Shown here in pieces: positions 25,243 through 37,000 of a stretch of DNA of 64,000 bases (within the stretch, counting starts at the first letter, position 1; every line of letters begins with the position of its first letter). The notes beneath the pieces are model-generated. The model was not told the DNA's origin and searched no databases. It saw nothing but the letters and a program-made list of their open reading frames with translations. This DNA comes from Balamuthia mandrillaris (taxonomy: Eukaryota): contig JAVKOQ020000043.1 of NCBI GenBank assembly GCA_031835245.2, forward strand, positions 62,001-126,000. The letters run 5' to 3'. Position numbers and translations under genes: made by a program.

Positions 25243-25694
25243 CACAAAGTAGGAGCTCAGTTGTGAGTGTGTTTTTTTTTTTCTTTTGGTTTTTGGGCGT
25301 GAAGAAACACGTGTTGGCCCTCGGGCATACCCTCACTCCATCCTAAAAGTAGAAGCAAGGATATATTACAAGAGTCATTGTTTTTTAAACTTTTTTTTCT
25401 CGCACCGCTTCAAAAGCCTAAGGACATGACGATCTTCCTCCGATTTAGGGTAAAGAGAAAGATGGTGCTATCCACGACCTCAGATCGATGCTTCCTTGGA
25501 TAAATTTCATTCCTTCTTCCTCCTTTCTTTTTGTAGTGGTGGAATTTCTCGTTTAATTTATGGGACACAGAATAATTATTACTGATATATTTGAAAATTT
25601 TAAATTATTCGATAGTATTTAGCTCAATCAATAATTGGCCAAAATAATAAAAATAGTTGCGAATACTTAATAATTATTTTGGAGAAATGTTGGG

Positions 25695-27293
25695 TTACTC
25701 TTTGGCGGAAGGTTCATGGGTGTAGCCTTTCGGCAACCCCGAACGACCTTCAACGGCAAGCGCCACAGGCGTCTCTCCCAGCTTTTGCTCCAGCCCTTTC
25801 CACTCTCTCGTGCTGAGGTGATAGGCAGCACTTTTCACTTGAACAAGACCTCTTTCTGTGCTGACGTTTGCCAGCTCTTTGCCTTGTGTTGCTTCAGCTT
25901 CTTGGGCCTTGCTGGCTTTCAGCTTGCCATCGATCAACGAGAAACGTGGGCTGTCCTCTCCCTCTGAGTCTTCTTCCTCTTCTTCTTGCTCTTTATCCGT
26001 AGCTGCAAGGCCCGGAAGCACGTGACGAAAGTCGGTCACAAAGTCCCCTGTCCATTTTTTACCTCTGCGAAACAAGATTGCATTTCAAAAGAGATCTTCG
26101 TTAGGAAAGGAGGAAAAACGTGAGAAGGGAAGGACATACTTAACGAGGGCGACTTCGAGCTCAAAGGGAGTGACGATAGGCTTGTAAAAATCTTTGGAGT
26201 CGACGAGCGAATTTTCAGGGCATGCCACAAGTACAAAGATGTCAACATGCTCAAAGTTGGCTAACTTGGCAGGATTCAGCTTCCCAACTGCCAATAAATA
26301 GTGTTTCTTGCCAGCATCCTTTATCACTAGTTTCAAATGCTCTATTATATCCAAGTATTTATCTTTTGGTTCAAAGCAAGTACCAGTTAATAGAAAGTAC
26401 ATAAATACAAGAGATGAAATCTTACCAACACCAAGAGTGCCAACAACGATGCCAATGATGTCGGCGTCTTTAGTCTTCTCAACAAGAAAGTAACGTTTGG
26501 AAAGGGTACGATTCACTTGCAACGTCTCTTTGTCCAACTTTGATGTCTTGGGAGAGAAACGAAGAAACTGTTGCACAAAAACAACAAGAACGATAGTTAA
26601 CAAATGAAGCCCAAAGACCAAGGAGAAAACGAAGAGTAAGAGTGAGAGTGAGAGTGAGGGAGGGAAAAGTACCTCATTATGATTGAAATGGATGACAAGG
26701 TTGGTAAGAGTACGGCCTTCCTCTCCTATATAAATAATAGTATAATCCTTAACGCTAGTTCCAGCCTGCAATTTGAACTTTCGCCCAAATACAATTCTTT
26801 CTTCTGCTCTTGTTTCATCGGCTCCTTCTACTGAACCAGAAGACATTGTTCCTGATGAAACAGATGTTGTATGCGTGGAACTCGTAGAAGAACAGCTACA
26901 GCCAGAACAATCCCCACAGCTCTCGCTTTCTTCCTTCTTTTCTTCTTCGCTCTTAGGAAGAGTGCGTGTTGGAGGTTGATAAAACTTATCAACAGCAGTA
27001 AAGGAAGCGACTTCCTCCACGTAGCCAAAGATACGCAGCAATACCTCCAACTCAGCAACGAGGTGATGGTACCCCACGTCGTAGAAAAAGAGGTACCTCC
27101 GCTCTTTGTCTGTTTCGGGGTTGGTTCCAGGCGCTCCCATCAGAGGGCACTTGCTGCGAAACTCAGCAAAGAACTGGCTAGAGTCCAACTTCTTGCGGCC
27201 AAAGACAAAGTATACTGGCAGTCGTGAAGTTCTATTTTGAAAAGAAAGAGAGGGTGAATGTGTGGGAAGAAAGGAGCGCATCGCTGTCATCAC

Positions 27294-27330
<37 letters not shown>

Positions 27331-28052
27331 AGAGAGAGACAGGAAGGACCATAATGTACGATGAGATCAGCACGAATGTGTTCGGCAGCTACTTCGTCGA
27401 CGCAGCAAGCGCCGTACGATGTATCACCCAAAATGAAGAACTGCACTGAAAAAGAAACCAATACGTCAGCTTGTGGAAATAAAGCAAAAGGAGAGCGAGA
27501 GCGATCGAAAAGAGAAGCAAAGAAGCAGAAAGAGAGAGAAGCCGAGAGCGAGAAGAGAGAAAGCAAAACAGAGACGACAACACCAGCTTATTTGCCGACG
27601 AAAAGAGAGAGAGAGAGAGAGAGAGCAAAGCGAAGGGAAGAGAGAGAGAGAGAGAAGAAGAGAACCCTCTGGGGCAAGCTGCTTAAGTTTTTCGTAGACA
27701 GTGGAGGACTTGGGCAAAAGGCGATCCGGAAACTGGAGGGCGACCTTCTTGAAGCCATGCTTGGAAATGATCTGCACTGTTTCTTTTATCTCAAAGTCTT
27801 CCTCCTTTTCAAAGCCGGCATCGTAATCTATTTTTTTTTAAGACACCAAACGAAAAAGTTTAGAAAGAATGAAACCAAAGGAAGGGAAAAAAAAAGAAAC
27901 AGAAACAGAAAATAATTGCCAGAATCAGTTCTGTCTTCAGTGTCCTTTTGGATGACAACCTGAGCATCGGAAGACAGCGGTACAGCCGACCTTGGGGCTT
28001 CCTCTTGCAGCTGTTGTTGTTGGCTTGGCTCTGCTGCTGTCCTCGCTTCCAT
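25695..28052 (-). CDS. DPH2: Diphthamide biosynthesis protein 2; multi-exon
   Basis: [68 protein letters not shown]...[13 protein letters not shown], and the DPH2-type C-terminus REWKGLE...[14 protein letters not shown]. Confidence 0.92.
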
Positions 28053-28389
28053 CGTTTGTTGTTTGTTCTTTTATTATATTTGTCGACACTCCTCAGAAAT
28101 ATGCAAGATATTCAAAAAACGACGAGAATGTTACGGTCTTTGCATTCTCCGAATTGTTTTGGAAGGAAGCAGCAAGAAGAAGGAATCGAAACCGTCGCTT
28201 CATGCACTTTCTCTCTCTCTCTCTCTCTCCTCTTTGGCGTTGGGTTGTCGGGAGGCAAAGGAAAGGGATGGAAAAACAACACATGAATGTATTTCACGGT
28301 CGAGCAGCAGCTTCTTAAACAAAATAACAAACATAAAACCAGAAGGAAGAAATAAAAGAAGAAAGCCTGTGGTAAAGAAAGAAAAACAC

Positions 28390-30153
28390 TCACTGGCCAG
28401 TGGTGCCAGCACTCTGCCTCCTTCTGGCAATGCAATACAAAGCTGGTGCAGCGGACAAGGAACGAGCGCGTCCTTGATGCTGTTGTTGGGGTTGTTGAGG
28501 TCTCGGCGGAGTCCTTGCCTGTTGAGGTGGTCTCTGCTGCGACATCACTAAGCTCTCCACTTCTTCCTCCAAACGTTTCCAAAACTCTTCCTCTCCTTCT
28601 TGTTGCAACTGCAAAAGAATGCGTTCCACGGAAGAAGGCTCATCTATCTTCTTTCGGCAGAGCAAGCTCGCGATCTGATAGAGCGTGAGCCCATAGTCAG
28701 CGCCCATTTTCAAGACAGTGGTGCAAACCCTCTGCACGCGCACGGCGCGCTCGCAGAGTCCCAACGCACGCATGCGGCGGGCATCCTCCTCGGCGTCAAT
28801 GCGGTGGAGGATGTAGTCGAGGACCTCGGGGGTGAAAGGCTTCCTGGCCTGTGGCCAGTACATCCATTCAAAGTAGGAGAGGTCCTCTAGGGAGGTAGGG
28901 AAGGCGAAGCCATGGTCGATCGGGTACAATTTGTACTTGCCGCCATTGTTGTTGGAAGAGGTGTGGTTGGAAGACTTGCTTCGGAACCTCCTTCGTCGGA
29001 TGGTGTTGGGAGTGGCTTTGGCGTCACCCTCATCATCGTCAGCGTTGTTCTCTTCCTCGTTTTCATTGTTGACGGGGACGGCAAGGATGTTGCCGCCGTG
29101 TCTGTCTGTGTTGACAGCGCGCAGGTCGAAAACGGCGATGCGTTGGACGTCCTCCACATCGAAGAAGTGAGGAGGGAGGTCCCATGACGCTGTGCCGTTC
29201 GCTATAAATCTCTGCAACGAGCCAACCTTGGTAGAAGTTTCTTCTTCCTCCTCTTCACCATTGGTAAAGCAAGGGTGAGAGAGTTCCACCAAGAGCGTTT
29301 GTGGCACGTTGGCAAAGCGTTGTCGCTCGTCCAGCACAAAAGCGGCCACTTCCCTGATGGCAGTGCCCCCCGCTGGAATAGACAGTCGTAACTTGTCACC
29401 TCCTTCTCCACTTTCGCCTCCGGTGGAACTATCAGGAGAAGAACAGTTTGATCCTCCTCCTTCGCTTCCTCGTTGCTTCTCCTTGCGTTTGGGGTTGTTG
29501 AGGGCCTGCGGATCCTCGTCGCGAGGCTTGAAGACAGCAACCTTGTCACCGCGGCCGTTTCGAAGAAAGTAGGTGCCTCCTTCGCCTTCGGCGCAAAGCT
29601 CCGGTGCATGTCCCACCAACAGTCCTTCCTCCACTTCCTTCAATAGCTGTAACTCCTCATTGCCGCTCCTTTTGCCTTCGCTTTCCGCAGCGATCGGAAC
29701 CAGACGCACAAACGGTCGAGAAGGAGCCACACGGGTCGCTTTGGTTTCGTCGACATCGTTGTCATTCAGTGGTTGCTGTTGCTCGTTGTCGAGAGAAGAA
29801 GCGGTGGAGAGAGCCTTTGAGAGAATCTCACGAGAAGGCTCCGATGGGAAGAAAAGACTCCTCCTGGTGGCCGAAGGTGAGGCAGAAGGTGACGAACCCT
29901 TTTTGGCGTGGTTCCACGAAATAAGAAGACGGGGCGCGGCGGCCGTCACATTATTTCGACCGTTGGCGGAACCACCGGCTACAAACTGGAGGAAGCTCCA
30001 CAGAGGCAACGACAGCTGCATCTGCACAAAGAGCACCGAGAGGAACGAGTTCGTCGATGAAGAGGAGGGGGTAGGCGACGAAGCAGTGGAGGAGTGGGTG
30101 GCGTTGGAGGTGAAGACAGCGACCGTAACGTTGAACTTGACTTCGTGAAGCAT
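28390..30153 (-). CDS. Type II phosphatidylinositol 4-kinase gamma-like (PI3/PI4-kinase fold); apparently intronless
   Basis: GEGGTYFL...VAVFKPRDEDP, REVAAFVLD, KVGSLQRFI, DVQRIAVFDLRAVNTDRHGGNIL, PIDHGFAFP, FEWMYWPQARKPF. Start codon uncertain. Confidence 0.88.
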   Translation of the reverse strand: MLHEVKFNVTVAVFTSNATHSSTASSPTPSSSSTNSFLSVLFVQMQLSLPLWSFLQFVAGGSANGRNNVTAAAPRLLISWNHAKKGSSPSASPSATRRSLFFPSEPSREILSKALSTASSLDNEQQQPLNDNDVDETKATRVAPSRPFVRLVPIAAESEGKRSGNEELQLLKEVEEGLLVGHAPELCAEGEGGTYFLRNGRGDKVAVFKPRDEDPQALNNPKRKEKQRGSEGGGSNCSSPDSSTGGESGEGGDKLRLSIPAGGTAIREVAAFVLDERQRFANVPQTLLVELSHPCFTNGEEEEEETSTKVGSLQRFIANGTASWDLPPHFFDVEDVQRIAVFDLRAVNTDRHGGNILAVPVNNENEEENNADDDEGDAKATPNTIRRRRFRSKSSNHTSSNNNGGKYKLYPIDHGFAFPTSLEDLSYFEWMYWPQARKPFTPEVLDYILHRIDAEEDARRMRALGLCERAVRVQRVCTTVLKMGADYGLTLYQIASLLCRKKIDEPSSVERILLQLQQEGEEEFWKRLEEEVESLVMSQQRPPQQARTPPRPQQPQQQHQGRARSLSAAPALYCIARRRQSAGTTGQ

Positions 30154-31566
30154 CGGAAAAGAGAGAGTTACCGCAAGAGACGATTGGATCGAGCCTCAAT
30201 TATTGAGGAGAAGTAGAAGAATATACAAAGGAGAGTTGGAGTGTACAAAAAAAAGATGGAAAGTAGTAGATGCGTGTTTTTTACAGTGGGCTTATTTTGG
30301 TTTGTTTGGGTGATGGTTTTACGAGGATAGTGATGCTTAGATCTTTAAGGTTGTATGTAGGCGCATAGCATTCTACGTTGGGGAGGCAGTTTTAAAAAAA
30401 ATAATAAGATGATGATGATCAAACGAGTAGTAGTGTCGTCGATAAGACAATAGAGCAACTATTGCTACCAAACAAAAAAATAGGGGAAAAAAGGAGGGGA
30501 ATTTTAAAAAAATAATATCAACGGGTGATGATGATGATTATCGAGAGATGATTTTGATTTTTAGCAACAAGTATTTACCGCATCATTGTGAAAGGATGGA
30601 GTTGTTGTTGATGAGAACAATGGTTGGAGAAAAGGAGGGGGGGAAAAAAAATAACGTTGCTGGGGGAAAAAAAAAAACGAAAGTTCTATTTAGAACTGCA
30701 TTTTGGCGGCGCGCGTACGAGACGAGTAAAGCTTGTATTTTAGGTGTGTCTTTTTTTCTCGTTGTGGTCGTCAAAGTGAAAAATACAAAAAAAAAAATAA
30801 AAGGGGGGGAAGAGGAAGAAGAAAGTTTTTTCGTTTCGGGAGGGACGTGTCACATAGCAGCAGAAAACTCAAGCGAAAGGTGTAATTCGCGGAAATGAAC
30901 CGTCGGAGTTCGAAAGGGCCAATGGCGGGGGGACACGTAAGCGCACCGCTTTTCCTAACTTGTTTGGTTTTCGTTCGGTTTGCTATTCTTTTTCTGGAAA
31001 ATTTCTGATATTACCCTCAAGCACAGGCGGTCTCCGATCGGAATAGATTAGATTAACGTCTGAATTATCATTGGATGAAATAATATTAAATGTCTTGCTC
31101 CGCTTTATTTCAGTTCTCTGTGTTAGCCTTCACCAAGCCATTGTTTTTCTTATGATAACATTGGTGCGGTAGAGAGGGCCAGCGTTTATAGATACCTGTA
31201 AAGTTATTTTTTCGCTTCCACCCATTCTTTTGGAGTGTTGTTATGGTAACGCTCACCTAAATTTTATTTGGGCTCATACTCTTGCAACAGTAAAATTGTC
31301 TATGTAATTTATTGCAAATATTGCAGGGAAGCTCGCTCTCCCCCCTCTTCCTGTGGCTGGACACAGAGGCGAGGGAGACGAGCCAGGACATGAGATCGCA
31401 ATATATTACGTCTGTTACAACAGATAACTATTTTTTTCGTGGTGTTGTTTTGGTTTGTTCGAACAAAGCAAAAAAAAAAAGCTTTTGCTTTACCCCTCTT
31501 CGCCCCTGCGCAGAAGAAAACAAAACTTAAACAAATCACACACACCACTCAAAAAAAAAAACAAAG

Positions 31567-31836
31567 ATGGCCACCACCAAGAAAGATTTGGAACAAGGCG
31601 TTAGCAAGAGACGCGAGGTCTTCAAGCACGAAGAGGCCGATGACGACGACCAAGCCCTTCTCGACGACCACACCAAGAAGGAAGACAAGACCATGCCTGG
31701 CGGCGAGAGGTTGAAGCAGGAGGAGAAGAAGGCCGAAAAGTTTGGAGAGGCAGTGTTTGCGCACGCAAAGAAGTTCAACACTCCCGCTCCCGATGACGAC
31801 GACATCCAACGCGACGAAAACGAGTGGAACGACTAA
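31567..31836 (+). CDS. Small (89 aa) highly charged hydrophilic protein, function unknown
   Basis: ATG preceded by an A-rich leader (AAAAAAAACAAAG ATG); strongly GC3-biased codons in an AT-rich context; K/D/E-rich with no Cys. Confidence 0.65.
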   Translation: MATTKKDLEQGVSKRREVFKHEEADDDDQALLDDHTKKEDKTMPGGERLKQEEKKAEKFGEAVFAHAKKFNTPAPDDDDIQRDENEWND

Positions 31837-32057
31837 GCAAACAAAAAAAAAAGTTGCCGCCGCTGTTTTTTTTCATCCAGCAATTATTTGTACCTTTTTT
31901 TTTTCACTCATTTGCGAGCGATCATTTTGTCCTATAGAAGAAGACCTCACCCAAAACAGTGTTAGTTTGTTTACCGACAGAAACAATATAGCAATACCAA
32001 TAAATAATAAAAAAAGAATAATGTACATTGACAAACTTTTCTTTATGCCTAAATGGT

Positions 32058-34002
32058 TTACAAATGCTCATCTCCAATGGCGTCCGAAGCTTCACCCCAC
32101 TCTCCCTCCTTGGCACTCGTCGGCACTTTTGTCTTGCGAAGAGGAGAATGGTGTTGCTGTATGCCGGTGCCAAATGATGCAGTATCCGGTGAGCTCACTC
32201 TCCGCCTGTCCAAAGCGGTTGTTGCGGGGGTTGTTGGAGAAGAAGTGGACCGAGCCGTCTGTGAACCTTCTTCCCTGTTTCCTTCTTCGTTTGCTTCGTG
32301 AACAGGAGGAAGAACGAGCTTCTTGGCAGGATTCTTTGTCAACTGCTTGCGTTTCTTTGGGAGGTAAGAAGTTCTAAGAGCAGATGATGGCGAACCTCGA
32401 GCTCCTTTGACAACGCCCAGCACTTCTTCCTCATCCTCTTCCCCTTCTTCTTCTTCATTCTCTTCATCATCCTCATGCAAGGCAGCCAGAGATGAGGCAC
32501 TACCAACCACTCCATAGGATCCTCGTCTACGCGGCGCAAACTTTTGTCTAAGATTGACCAACGCATCCACTACAGACGTTCGTCGCGAGGAAGCACCGCT
32601 CTTGTATTCCGTAACCTCTTCTTTCTCCTCTCCCTCCTCCTTCTCCTCCTCCTTCTCCTTCTCCTTCTCCTTCTCCATGGCCCTTGGTAGTCTAGGTCGT
32701 TTGCCTAGTCTTGCTTCACCTTCTGCTCCTTCCTCCATATCAGCTTCTTCTGCGTCAGGATAACGTGGCAACCTCCCCAGAGAAGCAACGGACAAGCGAG
32801 GAGTGTTCAGGCGGAACATCGGCATACTTGGTCGCCTATTGCGGTTATGAGGACCGCCTTTTCCAGGGCCAGTACCAGTCACAGTATTCGGCATGAGATT
32901 GCCATCCACATCCAACATCAAGGCAAGGTCCGTGTGGCCAAAGAGCTGAAGGTGGTGATGAATGTCCCTCTCCTCGATGCCATCATAGAGAGGATTGCCT
33001 CTCACTTCAGGTTCAGAGTAAAGAGGATTAGTCTGAGTGACATCTCTGGGTCCCGTGGTGGTCAATGGCGGCACCGCTGTGGTCCTTCTCTTCACTCGAT
33101 GCTCGTGGATGCGCCGTTTGAAGGAGAACTTGGAGTGCTGACGGGAGGAAGAGGAGGCGCCAGCCACTTCCCTGTCTTTTGTTGCTCGTTTGGCGTCCTC
33201 CTCTAGCTTAGTTTTGGTCTCGGGAGATTGGAACGCGGCCGCCTCTTGGGCAACAACTTCCTCGCCATGTGCGCCCAGCTCCTTATTGATGGACTTGCGG
33301 TTGTAGTGCGGCACCATCAGTCGTTTGATTTCCACATCGCCAGTCTCCTCCTCGTCGATGCAAAATGTAAATGTGAGGAAGCGACGTTGGGCGTGGTAGA
33401 GGCAAGGCAACAAGGTCAGCAGGAAATAGCCTATCATAACGCAGACGTGGATCCAGAGGACGAGCACACAGAAGAAGCCACCTCCGTCGTCACTCTCCTT
33501 CTCCACAATGAACACCACTAATAGTATGAAGAGGACGACCGGAGCGGAGAGCAAGCACCACAACTCCGTCCAGAAGGACCAACGCACTCGCAAGAAGCTC
33601 GGTTTGTGATGACAGTTAAGCGTGTAGGCGATGTACCAGCCATGCCCCCACTTGATGTAGTTGTAAGGGCGGAAGAAGCAGAGCAACAGCATGTAGGTGG
33701 CGTAGATGAGGAAGAGCAAGACCACTGCTGCAATAGGCACCTGCCAGAGCAGGCCGACAACTGCTCCTGTAAGGAACTTGCGCAGCAGTACCAGCAGATA
33801 GTACCAGTTGAAGTGTTGTTGGTAGTCAGCAAAGAAGGCGCCGTAGAGGTGACGCACCAAACGGGCGTGATGCTCCAACCATTTGGGAGTGCTGTGCAAC
33901 ACGAATCGCCAAAACAAGAGTATACAAATTGGTACCGCTATCACGAACAGTGCTTGTTTCGCCGATTATCATAAAGAAACAATGTTGGTGATATGGAACA
34001 AA

Positions 34003-34040
<38 letters not shown>

Positions 34041-37000
34041 GACGAGTAAAGAGGAACGGGAGAGAAGAAAGAATACATACGGTAATGAAACCCAGAACAA
34101 TCGACAGCGTTGGCACAGACCAACCTCCGCATAGGAGATAGATAGTAAGACAAGCGTTGAGAACAGCTGGTAGATAGGCAACATCGCCCAACCTCAACAG
34201 CGCAGAACACAGCAACACAATGCACTTCTCTAAAAAGGTGGAAGTCCAGTAGTAGCTATTGGGAGGAGGCGATCTACCTCCTCAACATCAGCCCATTTCC
34301 TCATCTGTTCCAACTCTCGTTTAAGATCTTTCTTGGTGCGAATACTGCGCTTGCTCTCAGGATCGTGCGTGTGGCTTTGTTCTCGTTCTCTCATCGTGAC
34401 ATCTAATTCGCCGTGACTTCCTTGAGCCTCTTTCTGATCTTCCATAGCGAGGTAGAGAGAATAAAGGTTGTCCAACATTTTGTCGCCCTCTTGTCTGTTG
34501 GGCTGATGCATCTGGGAACTGATGCCATCGCCATAGCTCTCGCCATAGCAGCAGCAAAGGAAGAGAGAGAGCAATTTGAGCACCACTAGCACCAAGCATA
34601 TGAGCAGCACCAACGCCACTGCCACAAGACACAAGTAGAACACAAATGAGGTGATGAGAGAGTGCAACTTCACTGTAACTTCCCTGCTGTACTCCTCCGC
34701 TCCATAGTTGTCTGCTTCATCATCGTCATTTCCACCGCCAATGTGAACGACATCATCTGGTTCTCTGTGCCGATGGTCGTTGTCAGGCCATCGAAGATAG
34801 TCCGCTCGTTCCACAAGTAGCTCTGTGCCTCTCTTCGCCTCTATCCAGTCCCAAGGCAACGGCAGGTGGAACAACGTCCAGGAGTAACACTGACTCCACC
34901 CTAACACGTTCCAACAGCCGAGCTCATCCCAGCCGGGACTCAGCATGGCGCTCAGCGCGATGAACTGCATATAGTCCACTAGAAAGAAGCCGTCATTGGC
35001 GTAAACGCCTCCTCTCCAACCGGTCACAAGGGCGGCGGTTGCGATAATCATTCCTCCAATGCAGAATGTGCCTTCTCCTGTTTGGGAAGGAGGATAGACG
35101 CTAAGCGTGATGGAGGTGGCGCCAAAGTTTTGATTCATCAAGTAGGTGCTTTCCTCCAAACGAAGTTCTATTCCTGGAAGACTGCTCCATTGCAACGTTG
35201 GACTGAAAGTTCTCTATTCAAGGCCATCGTCCGATGCTGATGACGAAGGCAAGGAGTTGTCCAAAGAAGAAGAGGAATCTGGGAGCTCTTTGGGATTAGG
35301 CGGCACAATTTTCAGAGAGAAGCGGAACTGGCTTTGCTGTCCAGGAGCGAGAGTTGGGAACGAGGCCACAACAGTGCGATTAGGAGGTAGACTGGCATTC
35401 TGAGAAATGTAGAAATGCGCGGGCGCCACACCAGACAAGTGAAGAAGGCTTCCATCCACGAGAGTGACGCCTGTCGGGAAATGCTCCTCAAAGACCACGT
35501 CGAAAGCAGTGCTGTCACTCGCTTGGTCATGGAAGATGGTCACGATGAGATCTATGACATCATTGTATTTCAGAGTGGCGTTTGTGCTGAGCTGTTGGGA
35601 GAGGGAGAGAATGGGTTCATGCACGACCAGCTCTGGGGCAGCCGCCGAGAGCGGCTCCAGGAGAGTAGGTAGTGCTGGAAAGGATGTGATCCGGGTTGAA
35701 CACAAGTGTTGTTTGTGGAGAGAGGCGAACTTCTGGTTGGTGTTGGTGGCCGATTCCCAGTCTCCTGATTGAAGGACCCGGGCCAAGCAATTGGAAGTTG
35801 CTCATCCAGAAGCATCGGTTGGAAATACCTTTTCCGTGATAGTTAAGAGATGCGTTGTTGACGACGAATACAGTGTATTCCACCTCCAACCAATCTGGAG
35901 AGTTGTTGTCTCTGTTCCAGTTCCACACCGTACCAAAGTCGAACACTAACAACCGTTCTTTGTGCTGAATAACATTGTCGTCGAGGTTTTGGTTGGGTAC
36001 ACCAGCTCTATCTTCTTCTTCCGTCTCCCCTGTCACTGTTTCATTGGTGAGCAAAACGCGCGCGAGGTGCTTCACTTGCGAGCAATGAACAGTGATCCAA
36101 CTATTCTGTTCGCTCGCACTCTCTTCAGCAGGGGATGAACAGAGGATGTCATCGGAGGAGGTGGCGATGGTATATGCCAAGAAAACATCCTCTGGAAGAC
36201 TCAGCGCAGGGTCTAACAAAGCAGCCACCGCAACCACCGCTGAGGTACGGCCCTCAGGTAGCGTCACTCTCATACGATAGTTCACCTGCTCTCCAAATGT
36301 GACTCCCCAACTGTCCACTGCTGCTCCTTCTTCCTCTTTCAACGTTGTGCCATCCACAAAGAGAGAGAGGAAAGAGTCCGAAATGGCGATGATGCTGGAT
36401 TTTTCTTCAGCGATGCCTGGCTTGCCTCCGGTCGCTATCTCCATGACGTGCTCCGCGGTGAAGAAGTCAGCCTCCACCAGGACGAAGGAGTTGGAGGGGC
36501 TTGAGTCCCACGTCAACAAAGCCCGTTGAGATACGTTGCTCGAAGGCTCCACTTGATCGGCAAGTCGTATCGAAAAGTGAATGGAAGCCACTTGTCCCAC
36601 TGGCAGAACGGGAATAGTGATCAACATCTGGGGATGAATGGTGCTCTCGTCCTCTTGCTCTCTACGAGTCGTATTTGCTGAAGTGGTTGCCCTGGAGGTG
36701 AAGCTAAGGAAGGTGATACTTGGGTTAAGGGCGCTGGCGGGTTCCACACGAACACTGTCTGGCAGGATGACGCCTTGGCGATAATCCACAAAGTTGTGGA
36801 GAAGAACATCAAAGGCAGCAGAAGTACTTTCCTCTTGAACGTGTCCAACTCGATAGACGTAATTGACCATGTCACCAGCGTCACCCACCGACAAATCTTT
36901 GGAGTTGTCGAGGATAACCAACTGAGGCTCCACGATTCGTACCTGCAAAGAGCGCTGCTTCATGTTGAGAGTAAAGTCGAGAGTGCTGCGAATCGTGATG

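Noticed and set aside
25571..25678. AT-rich segment bounded by AATAATTATT with weak dyad symmetry (possible MITE)
   Set aside because: Symmetry is imperfect and expected by chance in AT-rich 3' regions between convergent genes; there is no second copy in the window.
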